A DNA stretch of 64,000 nucleotides from Oligoflexales bacterium (GCA_045106415.1 JBGCEP010000004.1:1-64000); one strand, 5' to 3'. Shown: positions 1 through 10,665, counted from the first letter of the stretch. Made by a program: numbers and translations. Notes: a model not told the origin generated them from the sequence alone.

Positions 1-361
<361 letters not shown>

Positions 362-475
362 TTCATTGTCACGCTCTCTGCGTTAAAGAGATCGGGATGA
401 AATGAAGTCTAGGATCACAATGGCTCAATAGAGTTAGTAAAATATCTCATGATATTTAATGTCAAAGTTCAATCT

Positions 476-589
476 GGCTGTGTTTATGGCGGTGAGGAAA
501 TACCCGTTCCCATCCCGAACACGGAAGTCAAGCTCACCAGCGGCGATAGTACTGCAGAATTATCTGTGGGAGAGTAGCACGACGCAGCC
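476..589 (+). rRNA. rrf: 5S rRNA (operon copy)
   Basis: Helix I GGCTG...CAGCC; CCCGTTCCCATCCCGAACACGGAAGTCAAGC; GTGGGAGAGTAG. Follows the 23S rRNA. Confidence 0.97.
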
Positions 590-600
590 TTACAATATTT

Positions 601-637
601 AAAAGCCCTTTCTGATTCGTCAGGAAGGGCTTTTTTT
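601..637 (+). terminator. Intrinsic terminator of the rRNA operon
   Basis: AAAAGCCCTTTCTGA-TTCG-TCAGGAAGGGC followed by T7. Confidence 0.9.
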
Positions 638-754
638 ATTTTAAATTTTCGAAAAAATGATGTTTGTTTGGTGATAAATTTTTTAAATTATACTATTTTT
701 TATCATGAATTTTTCATAGTATGCCATTCATCTTATTTTTAACGGGTTTTTATT

Positions 755-1147
755 ATGAAAAAAATTATACTTTTATGTGGTGTTTTGTTTCAACTCTCGG
801 CATTTTCTCATCCATTATTTATGTGTTCTCGTTATTTAGGTCAGAACTCTCGAGAATCCTTACCTCTTCACCGTGGAGATGTGAGTGATTATAAGAGCTG
901 TCCTCTTGAGGATGTTGACTTAAATTTAAATCCGAAATCATCTGCAAACTACCTTAAAAATATACTTATAGCATCTTCTGTTTCTGGGGCTGTAGGCCTC
1001 TATTATCTTGCTTTTCATGATGTAGAGATGAATGAGTTAGGATTAAGTGTTTTGGGGATGAGTGCTGTTGTCGGTATTAGTGCTGCTTGTTTGAGGTATT
1101 GTGCTTTGCCTCAAAAAGCAGAAGACCCAGAATTGCTATACTTATAA
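755..1147 (+). CDS. Hypothetical protein with signal peptide and two C-terminal hydrophobic segments
   Basis: MKKIILLCGVLFQLSAFS signal-like N-terminus; hydrophobic stretches ILIASSVSGAVGLYYLAF and LGLSVLGMSAVVGISAACL. Confidence 0.7.
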   Translation: MKKIILLCGVLFQLSAFSHPLFMCSRYLGQNSRESLPLHRGDVSDYKSCPLEDVDLNLNPKSSANYLKNILIASSVSGAVGLYYLAFHDVEMNELGLSVLGMSAVVGISAACLRYCALPQKAEDPELLYL

Positions 1148-1240
1148 CTCTCTTGGAAAAGGAACTTTCTTCTTTTTTTGTTGCTATTTTTTTTAATAAG
1201 ACATTGAATCATTTCTTCGTGATTTGAATCGAGATTTTTT

Positions 1241-2164
1241 ATGATTTATGTTTTCCGCTTTTTCTTGTGTGTTTTCTTTTTTTTCTTAACCGCTACGCAC
1301 GGTACAACTCTTCCTAAACTGTCTGCAACAGATATGCCACCATTTATGAGGTATCAAAAAGGTGTACCTCAAAAAGAATCTCAGCTCCCGGCTTTAAAGA
1401 GTAGTGTGCATCACTATCAACAAAAAATGAAACGTCTCGAAAAAACTTACAGAGGTGTCTTAAGCTGTGCTGTCGAAATGATTGAAGAAGGTTATCAAGG
1501 GCTAGAGTCTATTGAGTCTGGATTTTTCGTCTTAGAACAGCTCCCTAAAATAGGTGAGGAATTGCTCCGTCTTGAAGCATCTTGTAAACAGAAATTAGTG
1601 GGAATGAAAAAAGCAGAGAGAGTTTCAGCAAGTCGACTTGAACTGAGTGTGTTTTATAGTGGTCTCCCTTTGCAGATGAAAAAAATATGGAATAAAGCAT
1701 TTCAGATGAAAGACGAAGAGTTTTTGCACCCTATGAATCATTTGAGTCAAACTTATGAGGGGCGCTTTGGAGGCTTTGCTGCTGTGGGGTTTGGACTGCA
1801 GCTAGGATTGCGGGTGAAAAAAAAGAAGACTCCATTAGGTCGTCGATTTTTATATACAAGACCTCTCTTTCCATTTACCTCTGGATATGGAGCTGGTTTG
1901 GTTTTTGGTGGAGTGAGGGCTCGGCACGGTGAACGTGATGTTGAAATAGCACAAGACACTCCCCCTGGAACAAGAGTTATGCCTGGTTTAGCTGTCCATG
2001 AAGGAAGTGTTGATTTGGGTGGAGGTCTGAGGCAAGAGCGTTTTGCGTATTCTCCAGCTCTTGGTTTTGGTCTTTGGGAAAATTTAGGTAGCCCTTTTGA
2101 AGATGGTTTAAGAGTTGACTTGAAACCTGACTATAGTTTCTTGATAAAAACGCTTTCTTTATAG
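1241..2164 (+). CDS. Hypothetical secreted protein
   Basis: 307-aa ORF with hydrophobic N-terminus, helical middle and Gly-rich C-terminal strands. No family recognised. Confidence 0.75.
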   Translation: MIYVFRFFLCVFFFFLTATHGTTLPKLSATDMPPFMRYQKGVPQKESQLPALKSSVHHYQQKMKRLEKTYRGVLSCAVEMIEEGYQGLESIESGFFVLEQLPKIGEELLRLEASCKQKLVGMKKAERVSASRLELSVFYSGLPLQMKKIWNKAFQMKDEEFLHPMNHLSQTYEGRFGGFAAVGFGLQLGLRVKKKKTPLGRRFLYTRPLFPFTSGYGAGLVFGGVRARHGERDVEIAQDTPPGTRVMPGLAVHEGSVDLGGGLRQERFAYSPALGFGLWENLGSPFEDGLRVDLKPDYSFLIKTLSL

Positions 2165-2370
2165 TGTGCCGCTGTTAGCTCATTTTAATAATGTAAAGAT
2201 TGTGATTAGCTGTATGTCTACTCGTCTGAAATATATCATGTTTTTGTATTGCTCATGACTGTAAGTGGTTTTTAAATTGTATTGAATGATTAGACTAGAA
2301 AATTCATGCTTTGTGAGGATAAAATTTCTTGTATTTATACTCAGAAACTGATAGATAATCCTACATATCT

Positions 2371-2484
2371 GGCTGTGTTTATGGCGGTGAGGAAATACCC
2401 GTTCCCATCCCGAACACGGAAGTCAAGCTCACCAGCGGCGATGGTACTGCAGAATTATCTGTGGGAGAGTAGCACGACGCAGCC
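2371..2484 (+). rRNA. rrf: 5S rRNA, stand-alone second copy
   Basis: Identical to 476-589 except G2443 versus A548. Has its own terminator at 2496-2527. Confidence 0.95.
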
Positions 2485-2495
2485 TTACAATATTG

Positions 2496-2527
2496 AAGCC
2501 CTCGAACTCTTTTCGAGGGCTTTTTTT
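2496..2527 (+). terminator. Intrinsic terminator after the orphan 5S
   Basis: AAGCCCTCGAA-CTCT-TTCGAGGGC followed by T7. Confidence 0.85.
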
Positions 2528-2539
2528 ACGAGGTTTTTT

Positions 2540-3304
2540 ATGTTGGTTGCCGCTTGGAATGTGAATTCAGTAAGAACTCGTCTTCAGAGGCTTATTCATT
2601 TTTTAGAGAGACATCAGCCTGATGTTCTTTGCTTATCTGAATTAAAGTGTGAAGATCATCAATTCCCATACGAAGCTATTGATGAGTTAGGCTACCATTA
2701 TGAAGTCTATGGTGAAAAACGATATAATGGTGTAGCTATTCTTTCTCGTTTTCCTATTCGTAAGGTTACGAGAGGTTTTGATGATGGGCAGTCACGTTAT
2801 ATTTCAGGAGAAATAAGGGGTGTTCGAGTTTGTAGTATCTATGTTCCAAACGGTCGAGAAGTTGGTTGTGAGCATTATGACTATAAATTAAAATGGTTTG
2901 AAGCATTGGCGCAAACATTGAAGTCTTTTTCACTCCCTTATTTAGTGTGTGGTGATTTTAATGTTGCCCCACAAGATAAAGATGTTTACGAACCAGAACA
3001 GTGGAGTGAAAAAATACTTTGCTCAACACCGGAGAGGGAGGCTTTGCAAAAGCTTTTGGATCAAGGGTGTGAAGATACATTTATAAAGTTGAACCCGCGT
3101 GCAAAAAATGCGTTTTCTTGGTGGGATTATCGAAGTCAGGGTTTTGAAAAAAATCATGGCCTTCGTATCGACTTTATTTTAGCTGAAAAATCTCTTGCAG
3201 CAGGGTGCAAGGAGGCGTGGATAGATATAGATGAACGCTCTGGAGAGCAACCTTCTGATCACGCACCTGTCCTCGCTCGCTTTTCTTCAAAATGGCAAAA
3301 ATGA
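2540..3304 (+). CDS. xth: Exodeoxyribonuclease III (AP endonuclease, EEP family)
   Basis: Motifs WNVNS, YNGVAILSR, YVPNG, GDFNVA, FSWWDYR, GLRIDF, PSDHAPV. Start moved to ATG 2540 (GAGG RBS at 2530-2533) because the track's upstream extension runs through the 5S gene. Confidence 0.93.
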   Translation: MLVAAWNVNSVRTRLQRLIHFLERHQPDVLCLSELKCEDHQFPYEAIDELGYHYEVYGEKRYNGVAILSRFPIRKVTRGFDDGQSRYISGEIRGVRVCSIYVPNGREVGCEHYDYKLKWFEALAQTLKSFSLPYLVCGDFNVAPQDKDVYEPEQWSEKILCSTPEREALQKLLDQGCEDTFIKLNPRAKNAFSWWDYRSQGFEKNHGLRIDFILAEKSLAAGCKEAWIDIDERSGEQPSDHAPVLARFSSKWQK

Positions 3305-3316
3305 TAGGAATTTTTA

Positions 3317-3745
3317 ATGAATGATTTTCAACAAAAATTAGGTGTGTGGTTTCAAGAGAATAAAGAAGATAAGTCTTTGCTTCTTCCACACAAACTCCCA
3401 GTTTCTTTTGTGGCAAAACTCGCTGAAGAAGCAACAGAGGTTTTAAAGAATTCAGAAATGGATTGGAGTGTTTGTCAGGAAAAAATGCCAAGTGTTCTTA
3501 TGGTGACAGGTTTGCTGATGGCTGACGCGGAAGGGCAGTTTGCATGTTCTAAAGAAGGGATTCTTCAAAGGGCGATGGCGTATGGTTTTCAAGTGAATCT
3601 GGAGCTTTTGAAGCGGCACGGGCTTATTGAGCTAGAGTCTGAATGCACGCTGGAGAATGTTTTTGAGTTGTCCGAAGATCGAAAACCAAAAATTAAAAAA
3701 GATAGAGTTGATGCCCTTAAAGAAGAGATGAACTTACAATCATAA
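3317..3745 (+). CDS. Hypothetical protein
   Basis: 142-aa ORF with AGGA RBS, tightly packed between xth and murB. Confidence 0.75.
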   Translation: MNDFQQKLGVWFQENKEDKSLLLPHKLPVSFVAKLAEEATEVLKNSEMDWSVCQEKMPSVLMVTGLLMADAEGQFACSKEGILQRAMAYGFQVNLELLKRHGLIELESECTLENVFELSEDRKPKIKKDRVDALKEEMNLQS

Positions 3746-3757
3746 AGGTGACAGCCT

Positions 3758-4705
3758 ATGAAGCTTTCTGAAGTTTCTTACTACCAGACAGGTGGTTTGT
3801 GCAAAGAGTGGCATGAACCGAAAAACCTTGTCGAGCTGCAAGAGAGTATGGAAGCTATCAAAGGGCAGCCGTGGTTTTTATTAGGTGCTGGTAGCAATTC
3901 GTTAGTGATGGATACAGAGTGGTTTGGTGCTGTTCTGTCATTGCGCTCTATGACCCAGATTGAAAGCACTGAATTAGGAGCTGTTTTTGGTGCTGGGTGT
4001 GTCAACTCAGATGTCTCTGAGTTTGCTTACCAGAAAGAGTGGGCAGGGGGAGAGTTTCTTTACAGGTTACCTGGTCAGCTTGGCGGCACGGTGCGTATGA
4101 ACGCTCGCTGTTATGGTGGAGAAATAGGTCGAATTGCTCGTAAAGTATGGACTGTTGATGTTCATTCCAGAATAAAAATATGGGAAAGTCCTCAAGAGTG
4201 TTTTAAAGGCTATAAAGATACTGTTTTTATGCAAGAGCCTTTAGTCGTTGCTCAAGCAGAGCTCGGATTTTTTAATGGAAGACAGTCGGTTATTCGCCAG
4301 AAAATGGATTTTTGCGAACAAGATCGTATTCAAAAAGGACAATTTCTTCATCCAAGTTGTGGGTGTGTTTTTAAAAACTGCTATCAAGCAGAGGTGTCGG
4401 TGCCCAGTGGAATGCTTCTGGAGCACGCGGGTGTTATAGGAATGACTCATGGTGGTGCTGTGGTGAGCCCTCAACATGCGAACTTTGTATACAACAAAAA
4501 TGATGCAACAAGTAGAGAAATTTTAGAGCTTACTCTAATGATGAGAGAAAAAGTTTGGGATGCTTTTGGTGTCTGGTTAGAGTACGAAATGGAAGTTTTA
4601 GGGAGTATACCTCTAGACTTAAAAACTGCTGTTTCTGAAAAAAGAGCCCCTCAATATAGTGTTAAAGCTCTTCAAGAGTTAAGAGACCTTTTTAAAAAGC
4701 GTTGA
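3758..4705 (+). CDS. murB: UDP-N-acetylenolpyruvoylglucosamine reductase
   Basis: Motifs GAGSN, LPGQLGGTVRMNA, PSCGCVFKN, HANFVYN, LEYEM. Confidence 0.93.
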   Translation: MKLSEVSYYQTGGLCKEWHEPKNLVELQESMEAIKGQPWFLLGAGSNSLVMDTEWFGAVLSLRSMTQIESTELGAVFGAGCVNSDVSEFAYQKEWAGGEFLYRLPGQLGGTVRMNARCYGGEIGRIARKVWTVDVHSRIKIWESPQECFKGYKDTVFMQEPLVVAQAELGFFNGRQSVIRQKMDFCEQDRIQKGQFLHPSCGCVFKNCYQAEVSVPSGMLLEHAGVIGMTHGGAVVSPQHANFVYNKNDATSREILELTLMMREKVWDAFGVWLEYEMEVLGSIPLDLKTAVSEKRAPQYSVKALQELRDLFKKR

Positions 4706-4901
4706 TTGCGTAAGGCTAGGCAAATTTTTCTGAAGTTTTTAGTTGTTCATGTTGTCGTGACAGCTAGAATCATTTTAAGTTCTTAGAAAAACATCTAATC
4801 CTGAAATTTGTCTTCATTATTCTGATCCTCAGGCTTGCTCTGGGCGCGACTGGCGTTCAGAATGGAAAGATAGAGATATATGATGACTATGGAGGCAAGG
4901 C

Positions 4902-5753
4902 TTGCTAAGACGTGGAGCATGGATACCACTTCTGTGGCTTTCGATACATGTGTCAGCCAAAGAATTGCCAACCCCTTCTGGGCTATCCGCAGCTGTTGAT
5001 TTTTGGGAAAAAGTTTTTCATACATACACACCTCGTATGTGTGTTGTGCATGATGAAAAAACGCACAGGATCTTAGCAACGTTCAATATCAAGTCTCGTT
5101 CACGTCGCAGACAAAGCCGTGAAGTTAAAGATTATGTGACTTCTATTCGCAAAATCTTAAATAAAAAAATTGCTGGGCATAGGCTTCGAACGTCTTTTCA
5201 AAGAAAAGTTATTGAGCGTGCAAAGGGTTTGCCGCTTCGTCAGCTTCGTCATCGTTTAAGGTGCCAGCGAGGTGTGGATTTAAGTCCGAGTATCCAAAGG
5301 TCAAAAAGATATCTTCCAGTCATTCATCGAGTGTTAGAAAAAAATGGTCTGCCTAAAGACCTTGCTTATTTACCCCACCTAGAAAGTGGGTTTAATCCAC
5401 GAGCTAGATCGAAGGCTGGAGCGCTAGGGATTTGGCAATTGATGAGTAGTACTGTTCGGCAATATAATCGCAAAATGAAGTTGCGACATCGAAGAGAAGT
5501 TGATGCCTCAACGGATTTTGCTGTGAAGCATTTGAAGCGACTGTATTCAAAGACAAAGTCCTGGCCCCTTGCTGTTACTGCTTATAACTATGGTGTTAAT
5601 GGGACAATGAGAGCTATCAGAAGATTTGGGCGTGACTACATGAAAATTCATCGTAGGCACCGAACTCGAGTGTTTCGGTTTGCTGCTCGAAATTATTATC
5701 CATCATTTTTGGCTGTTCGTAATGTAGTGAAAAAAAAGCAAAAGAAGACTTAA
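4902..5753 (+). CDS. Lytic transglycosylase (SLT / MltD-like)
   Basis: Motifs LPHLESGFNPRARSKAGALGIWQLM (catalytic ES) and LAVTAYNYG; signal peptide; GGAGG RBS before the TTG start. Confidence 0.9.
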   Translation: MLRRGAWIPLLWLSIHVSAKELPTPSGLSAAVDFWEKVFHTYTPRMCVVHDEKTHRILATFNIKSRSRRRQSREVKDYVTSIRKILNKKIAGHRLRTSFQRKVIERAKGLPLRQLRHRLRCQRGVDLSPSIQRSKRYLPVIHRVLEKNGLPKDLAYLPHLESGFNPRARSKAGALGIWQLMSSTVRQYNRKMKLRHRREVDASTDFAVKHLKRLYSKTKSWPLAVTAYNYGVNGTMRAIRRFGRDYMKIHRRHRTRVFRFAARNYYPSFLAVRNVVKKKQKKT

Positions 5754-5765
5754 TACTCTTGTAAA

Positions 5766-8225
5766 TTAAAGCGTCTTCCCCTCGAAGAAGGCGTGTAAGT
5801 CACTTAAGAGCCCTGATGCTGTCTCTTGAATTCCAGCTCCAGGGCCAGAGAGCAACAGAGGTAAGCTTTGGAATTTTGTTTCAATAATGAAAAGATTCGA
5901 AGATCCTTGTAATAGGCCACATGGACTATTTTTTTCAACTTCTTCCATACCAATGTGAACGCCCTGTGAAGCTGAGATACTTGCCGTGTACCTTAGAACT
6001 AAACCTCTTTTTTCACAAGATTGGACCCTCTCTTTAAATTCTTTATTCTGTTCTTCAAGTTCAAATAAAATCCTAGCTTGATTATCAGTATTGGGGACTG
6101 AGCACACAGGTTCTAGGTGAACATCTTCTGCTTCAATTTTCATGCCTAAAATGCGAGCGAGAATCAGGCATTTTCGCTGAACATCTTGTGCGGTGAGGTC
6201 TTCTCTGAGATCTGGTTCTGTAAACCCAGATTCATAGGCATGACGGACAGCTTCGGAAAAATCACAACCAAGGGTCATTTGTGAAAAAATAGCACCTAAG
6301 GAACCGGAAAAAGATCCGTATATTGATAGAATGTCGTCGTGACTTGAGAGAAGAGAGCGAATGGTTCGAATAATAGGGAGGCCAGATCCCACGGTTGCTT
6401 CGTACCCTAAATATAAACCTCGAGAAGCAGCCATTTCATGAAGAGTTTCCCATTGATCTTGTGTGCCTGATAGTGGAAGTTTGTTGGCGGTGATGATATG
6501 TTTTTTTTCCCGAATATTTTGCATCAAAGTTGGAAAAGTTTGTGATGCAGTGCAGTCGATGAAAAGGCTATAAGGGTTGTGTGATGATGGTGTTATGAAG
6601 CTTTCCCCGTGTTGTTTTTTATGAATCATATTTTCAACATCATCAGTCATCTGGCTGTTGTCAATGTTTGCTGTGCCTTTACTGTCAGAAACACTTGCTA
6701 TATGAGAAGGTAGGTTAGAGGCAAGAGCTCTACGAGCAAAAGCTTGGCCGACATGGCCAAAGCCATGGATGTGTATGCCGCATGTATTATTTGATGCATG
6801 AAGTGTGTTGATAGGTGTATCTCTGTCTTTTGATGAAAGCTGAAATTCTTGATGGAGAGCTTGTGTGGCTTCTTGTGCATCAAGTTCTGAGATGACAATA
6901 GATATGTTGAGTTCAGAGGCTCCTTGCGCTAAACCGTGAATATTGATCCCAGCTTTTGCTATGGTTTGTAAACACTGTGAAGCAAGTCCTATTTTCCCAT
7001 GCATACCGAGCCCGACAATTGAAACAATAGCAAGGTTTTCGACTGAAGAAATTTTATGAATGAGGCCCTGTTGAACCTCACAAGCAAATGCTTTTTTCAG
7101 AGCCTTAATAGCTCGCTGGCTTGTTTTTGAGTGAGTCGTAATGCAAATGCTGTTTTCACTAGAAGCTTGAGAAATGAGTGTCATAAATATTTTAGCTTCA
7201 GAAAGAGTTTGGAAAACTTTTCCAGCAATACCAGGTGTGCCTGTTAACCCATATCCTTCAATGTGGATCATTGTTTGGTTATCGACAGTTGTTATGGCTT
7301 GTACAGGGGATGAAGAGATGTGAGGGTGGTTGTCAATGAGTGTTCCTGGTTGATTTGGGTAGCGGAAATTTTTAATAATGAGAGGTATGTGTGAGCGAAT
7401 TAAAGGTCGCATTGTTCTTGGGTGAAGGATTCCGGAGCTGCAGTATGCAAACTCAGAGGCTTCTTTATAGTGAAGATGGGAGATAGGAGATGCGTTGGGG
7501 ACTTTTTGTCTATCCGCTGTCATTAACCCATCTGTGTCTTTAAATAAAATGACGCTTTCACTATGAGTCGCCTGAGCGACGATGAAGGCTGTATAGTCAG
7601 CTCCTCCTTTCCCTAACGTTACAAGAGAAAGATCTTCTGGGTCCCAAGCAATAAATCCAGGAATTATTATTTTTGTGTCATTTTTAAGATGTGAATCAAA
7701 TTGTTGGCGAATCAAATGTTCACACTCTGCTTCGAGAGGAGTGATTCCCATGGAGCTGACTTGTACACGAATAAAGTCAGAAGCATCAAGGTATACGCTG
7801 GGGTGTTTTTTTAAGACTAGAAGTTGTTGTAAAAGTAGTGCGCTTGTTCTTTCTCCGTGAGCAGCAATATGGTCGTAACACTTTTGGGTGAACTCTTTTA
7901 AAACTTTGAGTCCGTTGCAAATATCAAGGTAATTCTGAGTTGTTTCTTCAAGGTGTTCTTTGAATTCTTGAGGGACGGAAAACTTTAAATTTTCAAAAAT
8001 ATCTAAATATCGGCTTTTCATGTCATGAGCAACGGTGTGAGCAAGATGTGTTGAGCCTGTTGAACAAGCCTCTTGGGCCCCTAAAATGAGTTGGTCCGTA
8101 AGTCCATACAAAGCGGAAACTACGATGATTTGGTAGTTTTTGTGAGAAACCGTGATGTCAAGGCACTGCGCTATGGTCTCAGCTTGAGACATTGCAGCGC
8201 CGCCAAATTTGATGACAGAGGTCAT
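5766..8225 (-). CDS. thrA: Bifunctional aspartokinase / homoserine dehydrogenase (divergent AK motifs)
   Basis: KFGG and VVSA, two ACT domains (ISQASSE, AQGASE), and HSDH motifs GFGHVG, TANK, YEATVGSGLP, GFTEPD...D..RK, GPGAG. Confidence 0.88.
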   Translation of the reverse strand: MTSVIKFGGAAMSQAETIAQCLDITVSHKNYQIIVVSALYGLTDQLILGAQEACSTGSTHLAHTVAHDMKSRYLDIFENLKFSVPQEFKEHLEETTQNYLDICNGLKVLKEFTQKCYDHIAAHGERTSALLLQQLLVLKKHPSVYLDASDFIRVQVSSMGITPLEAECEHLIRQQFDSHLKNDTKIIIPGFIAWDPEDLSLVTLGKGGADYTAFIVAQATHSESVILFKDTDGLMTADRQKVPNASPISHLHYKEASEFAYCSSGILHPRTMRPLIRSHIPLIIKNFRYPNQPGTLIDNHPHISSSPVQAITTVDNQTMIHIEGYGLTGTPGIAGKVFQTLSEAKIFMTLISQASSENSICITTHSKTSQRAIKALKKAFACEVQQGLIHKISSVENLAIVSIVGLGMHGKIGLASQCLQTIAKAGINIHGLAQGASELNISIVISELDAQEATQALHQEFQLSSKDRDTPINTLHASNNTCGIHIHGFGHVGQAFARRALASNLPSHIASVSDSKGTANIDNSQMTDDVENMIHKKQHGESFITPSSHNPYSLFIDCTASQTFPTLMQNIREKKHIITANKLPLSGTQDQWETLHEMAASRGLYLGYEATVGSGLPIIRTIRSLLSSHDDILSIYGSFSGSLGAIFSQMTLGCDFSEAVRHAYESGFTEPDLREDLTAQDVQRKCLILARILGMKIEAEDVHLEPVCSVPNTDNQARILFELEEQNKEFKERVQSCEKRGLVLRYTASISASQGVHIGMEEVEKNSPCGLLQGSSNLFIIETKFQSLPLLLSGPGAGIQETASGLLSDLHAFFEGKTL

Positions 8226-8746
8226 CTATTCCTCTTTGTTGATTGTAACTATGATTCGACATTTTATCTTAAAGACATAAATATGAATATTTATTTTATA
8301 GATATATTAAATTGTTATGGTTTTTTTTAAAAAAATTATGATTGAAACTTGTAACAAAAGGATCAGCGTTAGAAGAGGATTCAAGAGGTGAAATAAAAGC
8401 ATCAAGGTCTAATTGAGTCTTCTCAACTTTTTGGGCACTTTTTCAACATAGTTTCCGATACGAAAAAAGAAGGGAGTAGAAAGTTTGTCAGTGTAAAAAC
8501 TTCATCGTTAGACTTCTGTCTCAAATTCTGCATCTAATATTTATTCTTTAAATCAAAATTAGGTGTGATCAATGTTGGGCAAGAGAGCTCTCGGAATTCT
8601 CATCTCTTTGTGAGAGGTGCCTATTGGATATTACGTTTCTCAGGCGTGATCTTAAAATATTCTATATTAAATGCTTTTTATGTGAACATTGACGATCGGA
8701 ATAAACCAGTGTGAATAACCGCGCTAGGCGGCAGATTATTTAATCC

Positions 8747-8778
8747 CTCTGAAGAGAGATTTTGTGTTCTCTTCAGAG
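8747..8778 (-). terminator. Hairpin downstream of lepA (probable terminator)
   Basis: 11-bp stem CTCTGAAGAGA/TCTCTTCAGAG just after the lepA stop. No clear U-tract on the minus strand. Confidence 0.5.
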
Positions 8779-8791
8779 AAATTGTTTTGCG

Positions 8792-10594
8792 TTAGTCGTC
8801 TAAGCTTAAAATAGACATAAAGGCTTTTTGTGGGATTTCAACACTGCCCACAGACTTCATGCGTTTCTTACCTTCTTTTTGTTTTTCAAGAAGTTTTCTT
8901 TTTCGGCTGATATCACCACCGTAACATTTTGCTGTTACGTCTTTGCGTACTGCTGATAGTGTTTCTCTAGCTATGATTTTACTGCCGATAGCAGCTTGAA
9001 TTGCAATTTGGAACATATGTCGGCTCATAGAAAGTTTGAGTTTCTTACATAGAGCTCGCCCACGGTGTGGAGCAAAACCGCGGTGAACAATGCAGGCAAG
9101 GGCGTCAACAGAGAGGTTGTTGACAAGGATATCGAGTTTTACAAGATCGCCTTCGCGATACCCAACAAATTCATACTCCATAGATGCATACCCCCGGCTT
9201 AATGATTTGAGCTTATCATGGAAGTCAAAAATCATTTCAGTCATAGGAACTTCGTAAGTAATCATCACTCGTTTAGGAGAGTTGTAGTCTAAGGCAACTT
9301 GAATGCCTCTTCTTTCTTGAAGAATTTTAAGGATAGCGCCAATAAACTCTTCTGGGCTGTGGATGCGAATCCGGACCCAAGGTTCGTCAATTTTTTCAAT
9401 TTTCGTTGGGTCAGGAAGTCGAGCCGGGTTTTCAACTTTAATGATTTCACCATTGACGTGATGAACTTGATAAACAACAGAAGGTGCTGTGAAAATTAAA
9501 TCAAGGTTGTATTCTCGTTCCAGCCGTTCTTGGATGATGTCCATATGGAGTAAACCAAGAAAACCCACTCGAAAACCAAAGCCAAGGGCATTGGAATTTT
9601 CGACCTCCGTGACTAAGCTCGCGTCGTTGAGTTGGAGCTTTTCCATGGAGTCTTTAAGAAGAAGGTAGTCGCTGGCGTCAACCGGAAAAATACCGCCAAA
9701 AACTGTTTGTTTAACCTCTTGAAATCCAGGTAGTACATCTGTGGCTGGTTTACTACTGAGTGTGATTGTGTCGCCAACTCTAGTCTCGGAGACTGTTTTG
9801 ATCGAAGCAGCAAGAAAGCCAACTTCCCCGCATTCAATGCTTTTGGTGTCTAGTGGCTTGGGTGTGAGTTTTCCCATCCGCGTTAAGTCGTACTTAAGGC
9901 CTGTTGACATCATCTGGATATTGTCACGTGATTGAATGGAGCCTGAAACCATTTTAACGAGACTGACAGCACCAATATAAGAGTCAAACCAACTATCAAA
10001 AATTAATGCCCGAGTCGGTTCGTTACGTAAATCTTGAGGAGGAGGAATTCTTGTGACAATCGCTTCGAGGAGCTCTTTTATGCCAATTCCCGCCTTTGCA
10101 CTGACGAGGAGAGACTCAGAGGCTTCAATTGCAAGCTCCTCTTCGATTTCTTCCATGACGCGTTCTGGCTCTGCGCCAGGAAGGTCAATTTTATTGATGA
10201 CAGGAATCATTGCAAGCTCGTGTTTGTGGGCAAGATTCACGTTAGCAACCGTTTGTGCTTCAACCCCTTGTGCAGCATCAACAATCACTAACGCTCCCTC
10301 GCAAGCAGCAAGAGAACGAGAGACTTCATAGCTAAAGTCAACGTGTCCAGGGGTATCAATAAGGTTGAATAGGTAGGTTTCTCCGTCGTCTGACTTCCAC
10401 TCCATGCTTGCTGTTTGAGCCTTGATCGTGATTCCGCGCTCTCGCTCAATGTCCATGCTGTCAAGAACCTGCTCTTGCATCTCACGTTTTGTTAAACTTC
10501 CGGTAAATTCAATCATGCGGTCTGCTAAAGTCGATTTTCCATGGTCAATATGCGCTACAATACTGAAGTTTCTGATGCGTTTTGGTTCATACAT
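8792..10594 (-). CDS. lepA: Elongation factor 4 (LepA)
   Basis: Motifs [64 protein letters not shown]. Confidence 0.99.
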   Translation of the reverse strand: MYEPKRIRNFSIVAHIDHGKSTLADRMIEFTGSLTKREMQEQVLDSMDIERERGITIKAQTASMEWKSDDGETYLFNLIDTPGHVDFSYEVSRSLAACEGALVIVDAAQGVEAQTVANVNLAHKHELAMIPVINKIDLPGAEPERVMEEIEEELAIEASESLLVSAKAGIGIKELLEAIVTRIPPPQDLRNEPTRALIFDSWFDSYIGAVSLVKMVSGSIQSRDNIQMMSTGLKYDLTRMGKLTPKPLDTKSIECGEVGFLAASIKTVSETRVGDTITLSSKPATDVLPGFQEVKQTVFGGIFPVDASDYLLLKDSMEKLQLNDASLVTEVENSNALGFGFRVGFLGLLHMDIIQERLEREYNLDLIFTAPSVVYQVHHVNGEIIKVENPARLPDPTKIEKIDEPWVRIRIHSPEEFIGAILKILQERRGIQVALDYNSPKRVMITYEVPMTEMIFDFHDKLKSLSRGYASMEYEFVGYREGDLVKLDILVNNLSVDALACIVHRGFAPHRGRALCKKLKLSMSRHMFQIAIQAAIGSKIIARETLSAVRKDVTAKCYGGDISRKRKLLEKQKEGKKRMKSVGSVEIPQKAFMSILSLDD

Positions 10595-10665
10595 AAAAAA
10601 AGGGTCCTTTAGTTTATCTGTTGATCCACCGATGAGGCCTTTATAGGAATCGACATGGACGAGTT

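Noticed and set aside
2306..2539. N-terminal extension of Xth given by the ORF track
   Set aside because: It is a chance read-through of the 5S gene and its terminator. The family N-terminus and an RBS point to ATG 2540.
8226..8791. Gene or ncRNA in the thrA-lepA gap
   Set aside because: Only short frames, a lone TCCGATAC without a matching -35, and no recognisable RNA motif or thr attenuator peptide.
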